Made by a program: the position numbers and the translations under genes. From contig JAZDDX010000017.1 in assembly GCA_043809315.1 (NCBI GenBank), positions 64,001-128,000 of the forward strand: a stretch of DNA of 64,000 nt, read 5' to 3'. Source of the DNA: Pseudomonadota bacterium. GTDB lineage: Bacteria > Bdellovibrionota_G > JALEGL01 > DATDPG01. The stretch's first letter is position 1. Each line of letters starts with the position of its first letter. Under the pieces are notes generated by a model. That model was given only the letters and a program-made list of their open reading frames with translations. It made no database searches and was not told the origin of the DNA. Of the stretch, positions 1 through 8,681 are shown piece by piece.

Positions 1-2193
1 TGGAGGTACCTCCTCGGGTTTTCGCTCCTTGTGCTGAGCGCGGTCCATGACGTCGTAATAACGCGGCTCGGAGCAGGAAAACCATACTTGATCCCGTATG
101 GATTCATGGCGTTCGGCGTGGCTGCGGCCCTATCGCTGGCGAAAGAGTATGCGGATGCGTTTCTAAACGTGGAACGACAGGTTTCGGATCGGACGAAAGA
201 TCTCGCTGTAGCTAACGAACACCTCCGCTCGCTGGAGCAGATGAAAGCTCGGTTCTTCGCGAATCTGTCGCACGACTTCAAGACTCCAATCGCATTGGCG
301 TTCGCGCACGTGAGCGAGGCGAAACGGGAGGCGGGGGTCTCCCTCCGTGGGGCGCTTGGGGCCGCCGAGCAGGCGTTGAACCGGCTTCAGGGGATGGTGT
401 TGGATCTGCTAGACACGATGCGAGCGGAGTCGGGAGCTCTCAAATTCACGTGGGAAACGGTCTCCGCGGCTGCCATCGTCCGCACGTGGGCGGCGCCGTA
501 CCAGATTCTCTGCGACAAGAAGGGATTGACTCTTTCGCTCGACATCTCGGTCGACGAAGACCTCAAGGTTCCGATGGATGTCTCCAAGATGGAGCGGGTC
601 TTCGGAAACCTGATGGCCAATGCTCTCAAGTTCACCGACGAAGGAGGAATCACGGTCGGTTTGAGGATGGACGCTTCTCAGATCTACCTCGAAGTGAGCG
701 ATACGGGCCCGGGGATTCCGGTGGAGGAGCGGGAAAAGGTCTTCGACCGGTATTTCCAGGGGGATTCGACCTCCGTACGGGATCATGGAGGCTCGGGGAT
801 CGGTCTCTCGTTCGTGAAAGAGACGGTTTTGGCCCAAAACGGCCGGGTCTGGGTGGAGGGGGCGGAAACGCACGGATCCCGCTTTGTGGTCGCCCTTCCC
901 CTTTCCCAGGATGTGGAGATCACCGGGGAACACCGGATCTCGGAAGCGGACATCCGAACCGAAGCGGTCAAAGGTTCGGTCGACGTCCCCTATCCGGACC
1001 CCACTCCCTCGGAACCGCGTGTGGACTGGCCGTCCATCTTAATCGTCGAAGACAACCCGGAGGTGGCCCAGGTCGTCGTTCATACCCTGGAGGACCTCTA
1101 CAACATCTATTTCGCCAAGGACGGCCTGGAAGGTCTGGATCAACTCAAGACCCGGAAGATCGACTGCATCGTGAGCGATCTCATGATGCCAAGGATGGAC
1201 GGGCGAACATTCTTAAAGGAAGTGAAGAAAAACGACCGCTGGAAGGTGATTCCGTTCGTTTGCCTCACCTCGATGAGCGACATGGAGATCCTGATCGAAT
1301 GTTTGCAGCTGGGGGCCAACAATTACGTCACGAAGCCGTTCCATCGGGAAGTGTTGCGATCGACGGTGGCAACGTTGATCCAGAACGCGCAATTCCGGGA
1401 GCAGCTGATCGCGAAAGACAAGATGGCGTCGCTGGGTTTGCTGTCTGCCGGGCTTGCTCACGAGATGCGAAATCCGATTCAAGCAGCCCAAAACCTCCTG
1501 GAGGGCCTGCGGCGTAAATTTGAGCGCTGGGAGAAAATGGATCCGGCGGACCTCGCCGCTGTTCAAGGGGAGATGCGTGTGCTCGTGGACAAAGACAGCA
1601 TCGTTCACGAGGCGTTTCGGGATATCCGCAATTGTGTCCTACGCATCAACAATATGGTCGATGCCATAGGGACCTATTCGACCGGCTCCACGAGACTCAC
1701 GGAGATCGATTTGACCGAGACAGTACAGGACTCCCTAAAGCTCTTGGAAAACAAACGAAAGGAAAAGAACGTCGCTGTGCATTGGGCGGCAGACCAGATC
1801 GTGAAGGTTCAGGCATTCCCGACGATCTCTCAAGCGATCACGAACATTTTGGACAACGCCATCGACGCCGTTCCGGCCGAAACGGGAGAAGTGACAGTTA
1901 CCGTGTCCGAGGAGGATGGCGAAGTGCATCTTCAGGTCACCGATAACGGGCCGGGGATTCCATTGGGGAACCAGCCGTACATTTTTGAGGCGTTCTTCAC
2001 GACCAAAGGACCGGGCGCGGGAACGGGGCTCGGCTTGTATGTTGCCAAACGGATCGTGGAGTATCATCGCGGAGCGATTCGGGTGCATTCCGAGGAAGGG
2101 CGTGGTGCGATCTTCACGATTCGCCTGAAGAAGGTTCCGGACTTGCAGAATCGGGAAACGATCGACTTCAAGGGTTTTCCGGTCTCATTCTAG
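1..2193 (+). CDS. Membrane hybrid sensor histidine kinase, 5'-truncated by the window edge: TM segments - HisKA/HATPase - REC - HisKA/HATPase
   Basis: Frame 1 is open from base 1 (WRYLLGFSLLVLSAVHD..., hydrophobic). First kinase: H-box LSHDFKTP, NLMANALKFT, DTGPGI, GSGIGL. Receiver: ILIVEDN...SDLMMPRMDG...TKPF. Second kinase: H-box LAHEMRNP, NAIDA, DNGPGI, FFTTK, GTGLGL. Confidence 0.9.
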   Translation, partial: WRYLLGFSLLVLSAVHDVVITRLGAGKPYLIPYGFMAFGVAAALSLAKEYADAFLNVERQVSDRTKDLAVANEHLRSLEQMKARFFANLSHDFKTPIALAFAHVSEAKREAGVSLRGALGAAEQALNRLQGMVLDLLDTMRAESGALKFTWETVSAAAIVRTWAAPYQILCDKKGLTLSLDISVDEDLKVPMDVSKMERVFGNLMANALKFTDEGGITVGLRMDASQIYLEVSDTGPGIPVEEREKVFDRYFQGDSTSVRDHGGSGIGLSFVKETVLAQNGRVWVEGAETHGSRFVVALPLSQDVEITGEHRISEADIRTEAVKGSVDVPYPDPTPSEPRVDWPSILIVEDNPEVAQVVVHTLEDLYNIYFAKDGLEGLDQLKTRKIDCIVSDLMMPRMDGRTFLKEVKKNDRWKVIPFVCLTSMSDMEILIECLQLGANNYVTKPFHREVLRSTVATLIQNAQFREQLIAKDKMASLGLLSAGLAHEMRNPIQAAQNLLEGLRRKFERWEKMDPADLAAVQGEMRVLVDKDSIVHEAFRDIRNCVLRINNMVDAIGTYSTGSTRLTEIDLTETVQDSLKLLENKRKEKNVAVHWAADQIVKVQAFPTISQAITNILDNAIDAVPAETGEVTVTVSEEDGEVHLQVTDNGPGIPLGNQPYIFEAFFTTKGPGAGTGLGLYVAKRIVEYHRGAIRVHSEEGRGAIFTIRLKKVPDLQNRETIDFKGFPVSF

Positions 2194-2205
2194 GGGAGGT
2201 TCGAC

Positions 2206-2739
2206 ATGGAAACGAAAGACAAGTTCCGGGTTCTGGTGATCGACGATGAGAAGGAGATCATCCACGGCTTTAAGCTGGCCTTCGAAAATGAATGGGAAGT
2301 CGAGGGGATAACGCATCCGGACGAACTCAAGAACGATATGAAGGGGGGCTTCCGGAAGTTCCAGCTGTTCGACCTCATATTCTTGGATCTCCTGTTCGAC
2401 GCCCGGATGCAGGTCACCCAGCAGAACGTCGTCGACAAGATCACTCGAGGGGACCTCCTTGGCATTCAGTTCTTGGACTGGTTGGGAAAGAACTACTCCT
2501 GCCCCGTGGTTGTTTTGAGCGGTTTCTTGTTCGACGCCGTCACTGAGAAACTACAGGCGGCCTACCCGTACCTGCTTCTCAAGCCGAAACCGGTGGATCT
2601 TTACGCCCGCGAATTCCAGGGGAACATGGAGCACTACGCACGGACGTTTTACCGGTTCAAGCGGGAGATGCTGTTCGACCGGCCGGCGGAAGAATTGCTG
2701 AGGAAGTTCGACGAGGCGATGGGGAAGAAGCCCTCTTGA
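2206..2739 (+). CDS. Single-domain response regulator (receiver) with a loop insertion
   Basis: VLVIDDE, LIFLDLLF, VVVLSG and KPKP receiver motifs. RBS ggggagg. Starts 12 nt after the kinase stop. Confidence 0.8.
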   Translation: METKDKFRVLVIDDEKEIIHGFKLAFENEWEVEGITHPDELKNDMKGGFRKFQLFDLIFLDLLFDARMQVTQQNVVDKITRGDLLGIQFLDWLGKNYSCPVVVLSGFLFDAVTEKLQAAYPYLLLKPKPVDLYAREFQGNMEHYARTFYRFKREMLFDRPAEELLRKFDEAMGKKPS

Positions 2740-2767
2740 AACCAGCTTACCGGCGTTTTGGGGCGGT

Positions 2768-2787
2768 GTTCCGCAAAGTTCCGCAAA
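2768..2787. repeat. Perfect tandem 10-bp repeat (GTTCCGCAAA)x2 next to the tRNA 3' end
   Basis: Read directly: gttccgcaaagttccgcaaa. Confidence 0.85.
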
Positions 2788-2836
2788 TCCGGGTGTCGGG
2801 CTGTTCGGTTCGAATGATTTCCGGGGCTTAAAAATA

Positions 2837-2933
<97 letters not shown>

Positions 2934-2980
2934 GCTTAAGAGAGGCATTGATTACAGGAAAGCGTGGTACTCGGCAATGA

Positions 2981-4195
2981 CTACGACGCGAACCGTTTCC
3001 GACGGGTGAAGAACGGGACGGCGAAGAGGAGTGCCCAGAGGGCATCGCCCGCTTCGTGCACGCCGCAGCCGCTTGATTTGGCCGTTGCGGCTTTCTTGGT
3101 TTCGGTGGTCGCGGCCGGTTTCTTCGGTTCGACGGTGACCTTGCCTTCGTCGGCAGCCTTCTTGTCGGCGGCGGCCTTTTCCTCGGCAGCCTTCTTTTCG
3201 GCGGCAGCCTTTTCCTCGGCAGCCTTTTCAGCAGCATCCTTGTCGGTCGGCGGCGAATCGTCGACCGCCGGCGCCTCGTCGTCCGTCTTGTCGGTTTCGT
3301 CGGCTGCCGCGCCGCCCGTCTTCGAAGCCTGATCGCCGGCTTCAACCGCCGCCTGCGCTTCGATGATCTTGAACTCGGCGCCGTCGAATTTCAGATTGTA
3401 AGTGCGGTACGTCCCATACGCGTTGCGCATGTCGAGGCGGAGGGTTCCGTTGAAGAATCTCTTTAGAGTCTTTTCGTCGCGCGAGATATCCCCCTTGAGG
3501 TGGAAGAACTCCTTGCCGACCGGGGAAGTGGTGACGGCGCCGTTGTCCGCGGTCACCGTGGTCGTGAAGGTCTTTGTGATCGCGGCGATTTCCAGCGTGC
3601 CGCTCTTGCGATCCCAGCGGTTCAGCTGCTTGTCCGGATCCGAGGCGGTGCTCTTCGGGAGCAACAGGGTGCCGTTCGCTTTTTCGCCGCTCTCTTTCGC
3701 GTAGGGGCTTTCAAGCCAGGCCACGCCGTCGGCGCGCTCGCATTTCTGCAGCTTGATCGTTCCCTTCAGATGTTTAAGCGTCAGATTCTTGTGGTTGGTT
3801 TCCATCTCCGTATAGAGAAGGGCGCCGTCGTACGGCTTGTCCTTGAAGTGGGAAGAGAGAAGGTACTCAGAAAACGTCCGTTCCGACTCTTCGGTCGGCT
3901 CGCCCCCCTTCATCTCGAGATTGGTCACCACGATTCCGCCCTCTTGCGGAACGATCTCGAACTGAACCTCTTGCGGCGAACAGTCACCGGTCCCCTTCAT
4001 CTTCTCGAGAACGGAGGCCTCGACCGCCTCGATCGCTTTGACGATTGCGTCCGGAGAAGTTGCAGACTTGGCCGCCTGTGCCGCCGCCTGCGCCTCCTTT
4101 TTCAACCGGGCCTTTTTCTGGGCCTTAGTTTCCGCAAAAACGCCGGTCGAGATGAAGATTACCAAGGCGGCCAGGGCGAACAGTTTCCGAGTCAT
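2981..4195 (-). CDS. Secreted surface protein with Lys/Ala/Glu-rich linker and C-terminal Gly-Cys sorting signal (MYXO-CTERM-like)
   Basis: ATG at 4195 after GGAGG. Signal peptide MTRKLFALAALVIFISTGVFA. EKAAEEKAAAEKKAA repeats. Ends in SSGC-spacer-hydrophobic helix-RRKR. Confidence 0.75.
   Translation of the reverse strand: MTRKLFALAALVIFISTGVFAETKAQKKARLKKEAQAAAQAAKSATSPDAIVKAIEAVEASVLEKMKGTGDCSPQEVQFEIVPQEGGIVVTNLEMKGGEPTEESERTFSEYLLSSHFKDKPYDGALLYTEMETNHKNLTLKHLKGTIKLQKCERADGVAWLESPYAKESGEKANGTLLLPKSTASDPDKQLNRWDRKSGTLEIAAITKTFTTTVTADNGAVTTSPVGKEFFHLKGDISRDEKTLKRFFNGTLRLDMRNAYGTYRTYNLKFDGAEFKIIEAQAAVEAGDQASKTGGAAADETDKTDDEAPAVDDSPPTDKDAAEKAAEEKAAAEKKAAEEKAAADKKAADEGKVTVEPKKPAATTETKKAATAKSSGCGVHEAGDALWALLFAVPFFTRRKRFAS
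3150..3240 (-). repeat. Coding low-complexity repeat (EKAA/EKKAA/DKKAA)
   Basis: Repeated ggcagcc/ttttcctcggc units encode AAEKAAEEKAAAEKKAAEEKAAADKKAADE. Confidence 0.8.
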
Positions 4196-4303
4196 GATCG
4201 ATCCTCCGGTTTGGGGGGTGAAGCGCCCAATCTGTTTTACGTAGTGCGTCATATTTTCTTGCGCAGGCTTACCAGACGTAATGCCTCGCGTCAAGATGGG
4301 TTG

Positions 4304-4320
4304 AGCAACGTCCGTGCCAG
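4304..4320 (-). promoter_or_regulatory. Sigma-54 -24/-12 promoter upstream of the CTERM surface protein
   Basis: Minus strand reads CTGGCACGGACGTTGCT, an exact match to YTGGCACG-N4-TTGCW. It is intergenic, about 110 nt upstream of the ATG. Confidence 0.8.
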
Positions 4321-4459
4321 CCTTTTGGGGGGGCAAACATACCTAAGTATCTGAAAATACTAAGTGGCAACTGAGCCATTCCCGGTCAAGCTGTGAAATA
4401 AGTGTCCCAAACAAGAGACGTTGTTGTCCTCCCTCGAGTTGTGTACGATCCGCCCGGAC

Positions 4460-4585
4460 TACGGCTCAAGGGATCGCTGGGTCCTGCGCGACGCAAGACT
4501 TTCAAACCCCGCCAGGTCCGGAAGGAAGCAACGGTAGAGAGCCCGCTGCGGGTGCCGCAAAGACCTAGCGATCTGTTGAGCCGTA
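4460..4585 (+). ncRNA. ffs: Signal recognition particle RNA (small bacterial SRP, 4.5S)
   Basis: Conserved CAGGTCCGGAAGGAAGCAAC domain IV motif, terminal stem TACGGCTCAA...TTGAGCCGTA, and the usual position upstream of dnaX. Confidence 0.95.
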
Positions 4586-4599
4586 CGACGTAACAGCCC

Positions 4600-6204
4600 A
4601 TGAACTACGTAGTCCTTGCGAGAAAGTGGAGGCCCCAGCAGTTCGCCGACCTGATCGGCCAGGGGGCGATCGCGCGGACGCTCGAAAACGCGATCCGGCT
4701 CGGACGGATCCATCACGCGCTTCTCTTCACCGGAACCCGGGGGGTCGGGAAAACGACCACCGCCCGGATTTTTGCCAAATCGCTCAACTGCGAGAAAGGT
4801 CCGACCGTCACCCCGTGCGGGGTCTGCTCGAACTGCGTCGAGATCGCGGCGGGGGCAAACGTCGACGTCCGCGAGATCGACGGCGCTTCCTCAACCTCCG
4901 TCGACGACATCCGCGAGCTCAAGGAGAACGTCCGGTACGCCCCGTCGAAGTCGAAGTACAAGATCTACATCATCGATGAAGTCCACATGCTTTCGACCAG
5001 CGCCTTCAACGCTCTCTTGAAGACCCTGGAAGAGCCCCCCCCTTTCGTCATCTTCGTCTTCGCCACGACCGAGCCGCAGAAAATTCCCGATACGATCCTG
5101 TCACGGTGCCAGCGGTTCGATTTCCGCCAGATCTCCGATGACCAGATCGCCGGGCACCTCCGGAAGGTCGTCGAAGCGGAGAAGATCGAGATCGGCAACT
5201 CCGCGCTGGCTCTTTTGAGCCGCCAAGCGGACGGCTCATTGCGGGATGCTCTCTCCCTACTCGATCAGGTGATTGCGTTCACCGGCGAAAAAGCGACCGA
5301 GGAAGAGGTGGTCGCGGTCCTGGGGTTGACCGACCGAGCGCTGATCTCCCGGACCCTGGAGGCGTTGATCCGGCACGATGCCAAGGAGTCGCTCGGCGTT
5401 CTCGGGGAGGTTTTGGAGAAGGGGTTCGATCCAAAGACCTATCTATTAGAGGTATGGGAGCGGGTGAGGGACCTCTTGGTCCTCAAGGGGGGGGGGAACG
5501 ACGAGCTGGTTCGCGCCACCCCGGACGAGCTGGCCCGGATGAAAGGATGGCTGACCGACCTAAACGAAGCGGAGCTGGAACGCTGGTTCGATCTCCTGCG
5601 CCTCGCTTTGAACGACGTCGGGCGTTCGGAACACCCCCGGTTCCTGATGGAAGCGACGTTCCTCAAGATGACGCGGACCGAGACCCGTCTGCCCCTTTCA
5701 GAGCTGGTCGGGCGTCTCGAACTGCTCGAGTCGAGGATCGCGGGGAAGGATTGGACGGCGAAGGCGCACGTGCCGCCGGCGGCCGTCGCGGCGCCGCGTC
5801 CGGTCCAGTCCTCGGTTTCAAAGGGGACCGCGCCCTCCGGGGATTGGGAGAGCGTCGTCGAGGCGGTGAAACGGACGAAACCGATGTTCGCCGGTGTCCT
5901 CCTGCAGGCGAACGGCGCGGATCTCTCGGCGGGGAAGATCGTTCTCACGTTCGACGAGGGGTCGTTCTATGTCGCCCGGGCCAAAGAGCCCGATTTCCAG
6001 GCGTTCCTTTGCGAGACGGCGTCGAGAATCCTCGGTTCGCCGCATTCGCTCGAGATCCGGACGCAACCGAAGAGCGCTTCGACGGTCGATTCGAAAGCGT
6101 CGGTCGATCGCGCCCGCGAGCGGGAGGCGCTGGAGAATCCGGCGGTCCGGGAGGCGGTCTCCCTCTTCTCGGCGAAGATCGAGGAAGTGAAACCGATCAA
6201 ATGA
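4600..6204 (+). CDS. dnaX: DNA polymerase III subunit gamma/tau
   Basis: ARKWRPQQF, GTRGVGKTT, Cys4 Zn cluster, IIDEVHMLS, FNALLKTLEEPP, SRCQRF. Confidence 0.97.
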   Translation: MNYVVLARKWRPQQFADLIGQGAIARTLENAIRLGRIHHALLFTGTRGVGKTTTARIFAKSLNCEKGPTVTPCGVCSNCVEIAAGANVDVREIDGASSTSVDDIRELKENVRYAPSKSKYKIYIIDEVHMLSTSAFNALLKTLEEPPPFVIFVFATTEPQKIPDTILSRCQRFDFRQISDDQIAGHLRKVVEAEKIEIGNSALALLSRQADGSLRDALSLLDQVIAFTGEKATEEEVVAVLGLTDRALISRTLEALIRHDAKESLGVLGEVLEKGFDPKTYLLEVWERVRDLLVLKGGGNDELVRATPDELARMKGWLTDLNEAELERWFDLLRLALNDVGRSEHPRFLMEATFLKMTRTETRLPLSELVGRLELLESRIAGKDWTAKAHVPPAAVAAPRPVQSSVSKGTAPSGDWESVVEAVKRTKPMFAGVLLQANGADLSAGKIVLTFDEGSFYVARAKEPDFQAFLCETASRILGSPHSLEIRTQPKSASTVDSKASVDRAREREALENPAVREAVSLFSAKIEEVKPIK

Positions 6205-6812
6205 GTTATCAGGGACCGAAAGTCTTCCGGGACGCCGTGGCGGAACTCTCCCGGCTCCCCGGGATCGGCGAGAAAACCGCGCAGCGCCTGGTGATGCACC
6301 TCGTGCAGGCGGAGGGGAAACGGGTCGAGGGGTTGGCGGAGAGTCTCAAGAAGCTCACGTCGGAACTCTCGCTCTGCTCCATTTGCTTCGGCTATACAGA
6401 TGTCGATCCGTGCCCCATCTGTAACGATCCGTCGCGGGACGCCGGGTTGATCTGTGTCGTCGAGGATCCGTCCGATCTCTTCGCGATCGAACGGAGCGCG
6501 CAGTACCGCGGTGTCTATCACGTGCTGCACGGGACGCTGGCGCCGCTCGACGGGATCGGACCTCAGGATCTGAAGATCGATGCGCTCCTCAAGCGCGTAG
6601 CCGGGAACCCGCCGCGCGAGGTGGTGCTGGCGACGAACCCCGATGTCGAGGGGGACGCTACGGCTCTCTACCTCGCCAAACTTCTTTCGGAACGGAAGAT
6701 CCGGGCGAGCCGGATCGCGATGGGGATCCCGATGGGCGGTCACCTGGAATACACCGATCAGGTAACGCTCGGCCGCGCGATTCTCGAGCGGAGGGAGTTC
6801 GGCATCCGATGA
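6201..6812 (+). CDS. recR: Recombination mediator RecR
   Basis: ATGA overlap with the dnaX stop. LPGIGEKTAQRL, CxxC-CxxC finger, ICVVE, YHVLHG, ATNPDVEGDATA. Confidence 0.96.
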   Translation: MSYQGPKVFRDAVAELSRLPGIGEKTAQRLVMHLVQAEGKRVEGLAESLKKLTSELSLCSICFGYTDVDPCPICNDPSRDAGLICVVEDPSDLFAIERSAQYRGVYHVLHGTLAPLDGIGPQDLKIDALLKRVAGNPPREVVLATNPDVEGDATALYLAKLLSERKIRASRIAMGIPMGGHLEYTDQVTLGRAILERREFGIR

Positions 6813-6867
6813 CGTACCTTTACGGTCCGGAGAAAGGCTGTTAGGAAAAGGTATCCAGGCGCTTCTC

Positions 6868-7353
6868 ATGGCTTCCCCCCAAATGGTCATGTACGAGGAC
6901 GAGTTTCGGAAGATCTCGGCCCTCATCGATCGCCTCCACCGGGAGGCAACGGCGAAAGTTTGTTATCTCGTCGACAAAAACGGGCAGCTGATCGCCGCTG
7001 CGGGGGAAACGGCGAACATCGATTCCACCAGCCTCGCTTCGCTCACGGCGGGGAACATCGCGGCGACGAGCGGCCTGGCGAAACTCCTGGGGGAAAAAGA
7101 GTTCTCAATCGTGTTTCACGAGGGGGAGAGGGACAACATCCACATCTCGCTCATCGGGCAACGGGTGATCCTCGTGGTGGTCTTCGACAACCGATCCTCG
7201 CTCGGCTTGGTGCGATTGCGGGTGAAGAGGATCACGCAGGAACTCGACACGATCTTCCTGGCGATGGCGGCGAAGAGCCAGTCGGGGGCGGGGGCCCCTT
7301 CGCCATTTGCGGAAATCACCGATTTGGATATCGATAACCTATTCAAAGACTGA
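6868..7353 (+). CDS. mglB: Roadblock/LC7 GTPase-activating protein MglB
   Basis: LVDKNGQLIA, SLASLTAGNIAAT, FHEGERDNIHIS, SSLGLVRLRVK, and C-terminal FAEITDLDIDNLF. Confidence 0.95.
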   Translation: MASPQMVMYEDEFRKISALIDRLHREATAKVCYLVDKNGQLIAAAGETANIDSTSLASLTAGNIAATSGLAKLLGEKEFSIVFHEGERDNIHISLIGQRVILVVVFDNRSSLGLVRLRVKRITQELDTIFLAMAAKSQSGAGAPSPFAEITDLDIDNLFKD

Positions 7354-7356
7354 CGC

Positions 7357-7944
7357 ATGTCGTTCATCAACTACTCATCGAGAGAGATCAACTGCAAGAT
7401 CGTCTATTACGGCCCCGGCCTTTGCGGGAAGACGACGAATCTCCAGTACATCTATCGGAAGACGAAGCCGGAGGCGAAGGGGAAGATGATCTCGCTCGCC
7501 ACCGAAACCGAACGGACACTTTTCTTCGATTTTCTCCCGCTCTCGCTCGGCGAGATCCGCGGGTTCAAGACCCGATTCCATCTCTATACCGTCCCGGGGC
7601 AGGTCTTCTACGACGCCAGCCGGAAGCTGATCTTGAAAGGGGTCGACGGCGTGGTCTTCGTCGCCGATTCCCAGGTCGAGCGGACCGAGGCGAACCTCGA
7701 GTCGATCGACAACCTGCGGGTCAATCTTTCGGAACAGGGGTACGACCTCGACAAGCTCCCGTATGTCGTCCAGTACAACAAACGGGACCTGCCGAACATC
7801 TCCTCCGTCGAGGAGTTACGCTCGTCTCTCAACGCGCAAGGGATGATGGATTTCGAAGCGATCGCCAACACCGGGATCGGTGTTTTCGAGACGCTCAAGA
7901 CGATCGCCAAGCTCGTTCTGATCGAGCTCAAAAAGGGGAAGTAA
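7357..7944 (+). CDS. mglA: Small Ras-like polarity GTPase MglA
   Basis: [54 protein letters not shown]. Confidence 0.98.
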   Translation: MSFINYSSREINCKIVYYGPGLCGKTTNLQYIYRKTKPEAKGKMISLATETERTLFFDFLPLSLGEIRGFKTRFHLYTVPGQVFYDASRKLILKGVDGVVFVADSQVERTEANLESIDNLRVNLSEQGYDLDKLPYVVQYNKRDLPNISSVEELRSSLNAQGMMDFEAIANTGIGVFETLKTIAKLVLIELKKGK

Positions 7945-8647
7945 TTCCCCGATAAAACGAAAGAATCTCCTCCGATAGACAGGCCTTTTCCACACTCAAA
8001 GGCAGAATGTGTGTTGAACGCTCCAACCGCACGAGCCGGGACTTGGGATGCGTGAACCGGGAATTCAAGAAAAAGGCCGATCTCGGATGAACGGCTGAAT
8101 CCGCCTCGCTGTAGACCGTGAGAGCCGGAACCGAGTTGATGGTCGCAAGAGATCTCGCCCGTTTTGAGAGAGTGAAAAACGCTCCCACCGCAGCCACAGG
8201 AAAGCCGTCGTAACTCACGTGCCCGGGCGTCTGATCCGCCGGGTTCTTCGGGAGACACCGATCCCGCAGAAATGGGATCTTCGGAAAAACGTTCGCGACG
8301 AGATTCTCCTTCCACGACCGGAGCCAGAGAGGGGGGGCGAGAAGTACCAACGACGCGACCCGTTTGGGGCGGTTTCGGAACGATTCGAGGATCAGAAGCG
8401 CCCCCATCGAGAGACCGAGCAGGTGAACACGGGGAACCCGGGATTCGAGATTCGCCCGAGCCGTTTCGACCGCTTCGAGCCAGTCGACCGCTTTCGTCCG
8501 GGCCAGATCGTCGGTCGTTGTCCCGTGTCCGGGAAGGAGCGGTACCGAGACCTCCCAACCGAGGGTGGAACCGATCGCCGAGCCGAGATCCTTGAGCTCC
8601 GCCGGCGTCCCGGTGAAGCCGTGAATCAAGAGTGCCGCTTCCCTCAT
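7928..8647 (-). CDS. Alpha/beta-fold carboxylesterase/lipase
   Basis: [18 protein letters not shown] nucleophile elbow, and candidate Asp (EADSAV) and His (STHIL). Confidence 0.85.
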   Translation of the reverse strand: MREAALLIHGFTGTPAELKDLGSAIGSTLGWEVSVPLLPGHGTTTDDLARTKAVDWLEAVETARANLESRVPRVHLLGLSMGALLILESFRNRPKRVASLVLLAPPLWLRSWKENLVANVFPKIPFLRDRCLPKNPADQTPGHVSYDGFPVAAVGAFFTLSKRARSLATINSVPALTVYSEADSAVHPRSAFFLNSRFTHPKSRLVRLERSTHILPLSVEKACLSEEILSFYRGITSPF

Positions 8648-8681
8648 TCTTGCTATAGTACCCGGTCACGAAAGGGAACGC

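Noticed and set aside
3150-3240. Short nucleotide repeats as a CRISPR array
   Set aside because: They are imperfect coding repeats without unique spacers, and there are no cas genes in the window.
4196-4300. Riboswitch in the ~100-nt leader of the CTERM protein
   Set aside because: I recognised no aptamer consensus by eye. An Rfam/Infernal scan would be needed.
5487-5496. G10 run in dnaX as a programmed slippage site producing a gamma subunit
   Set aside because: It is in frame (KGGGN) at about codon 297, inside the oligomerisation domain, so a shift there would not give a functional gamma. I saw no A-AAA-AAG-type site further on.
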